The translations under genes were made by a program, and so were the position numbers. Shown one piece after another: positions 60,095 to 64,000 of a DNA stretch of 64,000 nt; position 1 is the first letter of the stretch, and every line of letters starts with the position of its first letter. Source of the stretch: the human T2T-CHM13v2.0 reference genome, Homo sapiens; the NCBI RefSeq assembly GCF_009914755.1, contig NC_060929.1; one strand, 5' to 3'. The notes under the pieces are model-generated. The model was not told the DNA's origin, ran no database searches, and saw nothing but the letters and a program-made list of their open reading frames with translations.

Positions 60095-61420
60095 TTTTTT
60101 AAAGACTATTTTTTTAAAGAAGTTTTAGCTTCACAATAAAATTGAAAGGAAGGCACAGATATTTCCAATATAACCCCTGCCTTCACGTGCATAGCTTCCC
60201 CCATCATCAACATCCCCTACCAGAGAGCTACATTTGTTAAAGACTGATGAATCAATACTGAAAGATCATAATCCCCCAAAGTCCAGAGTTTACATTAGGG
60301 TTCACTCTTGGTGTTACATTATATGGGTTCCAACAAATGTATAATGACATGTATCTGCCATTATAGCAACCACCATTTTCAGGTCCCTAAAAATTATCTG
60401 TGTTCTGCCTATTCATCCCCAAGACCCCTGTAACCTACTCATTTTTTAAATTGTCTCTGTAGTCTTGCCTTTTCCAGAATGACATGTAGTTGGGATTATA
60501 CAGCACATAGCCTTCTCAGGTTGTTTATTTCAGTTAATAATATGCATTTAAAGTTCAGCCACATCTTTTCTGACTTGATTGCTCATTTCATTTTAGCACT
60601 AAATAATATTCCATTGGATGTACCACAGTTGATTTATACACTCACCTACTGAAGGTCATTATGATTGTTTCTGAAGTAATTATGAATAAAATTGATATAA
60701 ACATCCATGTACAGGTTTTTGTGTGGACATAAGTTTTCAGTTCCTTTGCATAGGTACCATGGAGTGTAACTGCTGAATCATATGGCAAGACTATATATAG
60801 TTTTGTAAGAAACCACCAAACTTCCTCTAAAGTGGCTATACCATTTTGCATTTCCACCAGAAATGAATGTGAGTTCTCATTGGCCCACATCCTTGTCAGG
60901 ATTTGGAATTATCAGGGTACTAGACTTTGGCCCTACTAATAGATGTGTACGGTGGTATCTCGTTGTTTGGATTTGCATTTCTCTAATAACATATGATTTA
61001 GAATATCTTTTTATATGCCTACTTGCCGTTTATTTTTAAATGTTTTGTGAGGTGTCTGTTAAGACCTTGGCCCATTTTTTAATCAGATTGTTCTTTTGGC
61101 TGACTTTTAAGAGTTCTTTGAATATTTTAAATAATAGTCATTTATCAGATGTATCTTTGGCATATTTTTTTATCCTAGCCCGTAGCTTGTCTTTTCATTC
61201 TCTTGACGGTGTCTTTGGCATAGCAGAAGTTGTTCATCTTAATGAAGTCCAGCTTATTAATTATTTCTTTCATGAGTTCTGTCTTTGGTGTTACCACTAA
61301 GAGGTTATCGCCATACTCAATGTTATCTAAGTTTTCTCCTATATTATCTTCCAGGATACTGATAGTTGTTCACTTTACATTTAGGTCTATAATTCATTTT
61401 GAGATAACTTTTGTGACATA
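60095..61420 (-). mobile_element. L1MC1-like 3' region
   Basis: aaagtccagagtttacattagggttcactcttggtg; aaacatccatgtacaggtttttgtgtggacataagttttc. Confidence 0.85.
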
Positions 61421-61997
61421 TCCATTTTTTAAGTCTTCAGAGAATCCTTGTTTTTTCAGTTTACATGGCTTTCCAAAGCCTTGCTTCAGCTAACCCTCCT
61501 GCTTTGCAACACTTGCTTATATCTAGCCTGGAAAAGCTGAATTGTAGCCAACAGAGCTAAATGGCTAGTGGGCTGGCTGCCCTTAGAGATCCATCAGTGG
61601 TGATGTTTCTGAAGCCTGGATAGAAGGGCATGTGTCATGAGCAAGCTACTGGGAGCAGTGCTCTGGCTGATTACCAAGAGGCCTCATTACTTGATAACTC
61701 ACCACATTCAGGATCTGACCCTATGCTTTCCACTCTCAGGAAGTCAATGTCTATGGTACTCTGAGAGTTGAGCCATTATTCAAGAACAAATTCACATTAC
61801 ATAAAACTGAGGAAACAGATGTGTATCTTCAAAGGCAGAGTAGAGTTGCCATATGATCAAAAAGAATTAAGTTCGGCTTAATGAGTGCATGGGCATATCT
61901 AAATGCTAAGGTAATATTAATCAGAAAAATACTGTATAAATGTGGATTCAGAATCAAAAGAGTTAAGTCTAAGAGACAATGATAAATAGCATGAAAC

Positions 61998-62176
61998 AAG
62001 AGTGGAATAGTGCTTAAGATCATGAACTCTGAAACAAGACTGACCCAGTTTAAATCCTGGCTCTTCTACTAATTAGTTGTATGACTTTGATTATAAGCTA
62101 CATGCCTCATTTTCCTTATTTGTAAAGTAGGTATGATAATAAAAATATCTACCTCCCAGAGGTAGATAGTTATGAA
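61998..62176 (+). mobile_element. MIR SINE
   Basis: agtgcttaagatcatgaactctg..tttaaatcctggctct..tgcctcattttccttatttgtaaagtagg. Confidence 0.75.
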
Positions 62177-62184
62177 TGGTAACA

Positions 62185-62782
<598 letters not shown>

Positions 62783-62889
62783 ATTGTTCAATAAAAACTG
62801 CATTAAGATTTTTACATTAAAGTTTATAAATGAAAAATGATCACTATTTTCTACCCTAAGCCGACTTTGACTTCAAAGATCCAAGAGCC

Positions 62890-64000
62890 ATATAAATTGA
62901 GTTGGGAACACTTCTTTATTTCTTTTTTTGTCTCTAGCATGTATTATGTGGATTATTGCTTTCTTGAAGATTTGGAACAAACTGCTTATAAAAACAAACA
63001 GGCTCATGATTTTTTGTATGAGTTAAATTTTAACTTCTTTAATTTTTTAATGTCTATTAAAGTTTTCTATTTACGGAACTTTGTATTATTTTGGTAAAAA
63101 TTATCTTGTTAATATGTTTCAATTTTATAGCATAAAGTTGTTTATAGTGTTCCTTTTCTAATGCATTTGTTAAGTCTCTAATCTACTTTTTACTATTAAC
63201 ATTAAATATTTTGCCCTTTCCTTTTTCTTATTCAATATTACTAGAAATTTTTCTGTTTCAAAAGAAAATATTTTGATATACATGTGTTTTCTCCATTTTC
63301 TATATTATCAGTTTGTATTTTTGTTACTTCCTTTTTTCGGTATTTTGGGGGGAATTTATTCTGCTCTTTTTCTAATTGATTTAGTAAAATGCCAGAATCA
63401 TTACTTTTCCATCTTTCTTTGTTTTCATATGAGAATTTTATGGCATATATTTTCCCATAAATGTTCTTTTCGTTGTAGTACACCAATTTTGATATGAAGA
63501 ACTATCTGTATCAGTTGTCAGTAAATTCTAAACTATTTTCTATTTTCCATAATAGCCCTTTTAATTGTTTTTGGTTTTAATGCTTATAATCCCTATTTCC
63601 TTATTTTCAAGTTATATATTTGTATCATTTTTTAAACTTACAGTTTGTGGCATTATCTAATGAGTTTTTGATGTGATCAATAACAACTTAACTGGTATCA
63701 ATCACCTTCACACCTCCCTACCATTCTCTGTTTATGCAGCTTCAGATTTGTCAAATGCATTGGAGGAAAATCAGCCATATATTTGAGGTTCCTGAAGCCT
63801 CTCACTTATGAATCTGAATTTGCAGCCTCTTGTCCCAAATCAGCAAATGCTCCCACAGAAAAATCAGCTGTGGAATATCAGGTTACATCTTAGCAGTTCT
63901 CCTTTCTCTGGAATTTTGACCCCTCTGGTTGTTATTAATGTGGCCACTCTCCAATATCTTTAAATAGATTTTTTTAAAAGTTATCTGGCTTTTCTAGGTA
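62890..64000 (-). mobile_element. Ancient L1M/HAL1 fragments (ORF2 piece and 5' UTR piece)
   Basis: ttatagcataaagttgtttatagtgttcc; ORF 63241..63486 LNQLEKEQ..RKKEVTKIQ; 5' UTR-like cagcaaatgctccc..tatctggcttttctag. Confidence 0.6.

Overview
AT-rich primate genomic DNA, most likely human or ape given AluY, L1PA3-like and LTR12 elements. It has no intact, recognisable host protein-coding gene, no RNA gene and no CRISPR array. Much of the window is interspersed repeat: a near-full-length L1PA16/17-like element, a 5'-truncated L1PA3-like element, older L1M, L2, MIR and MLT relics, 11 Alus and an LTR12F solo LTR. There is also a four-layer nest in which Tigger2a received a MER4A LTR, then a MER83-like ERV1 provirus, then an AluS. 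The main observation lies in the unique DNA between the repeats: a chain of about 18 minus-strand segments with AG/GT splice sites, running from about 59.9 kb down to 2.2 kb. Five consecutive segments splice in frame with no stop (133 codons); the rest carry scattered stops and frameshifts. From memory of the families, the conceptual product resembles a DUF4347-like (ECT2L/NSMF-type) region followed by a KNDC1-type REM plus CDC25 RasGEF domain. This suggests a decayed multi-exon gene (unitary pseudogene or fossil-derived lncRNA). Domain calls and repeat subfamily names were made by eye and need HMM, tBLASTn and RepeatMasker confirmation.
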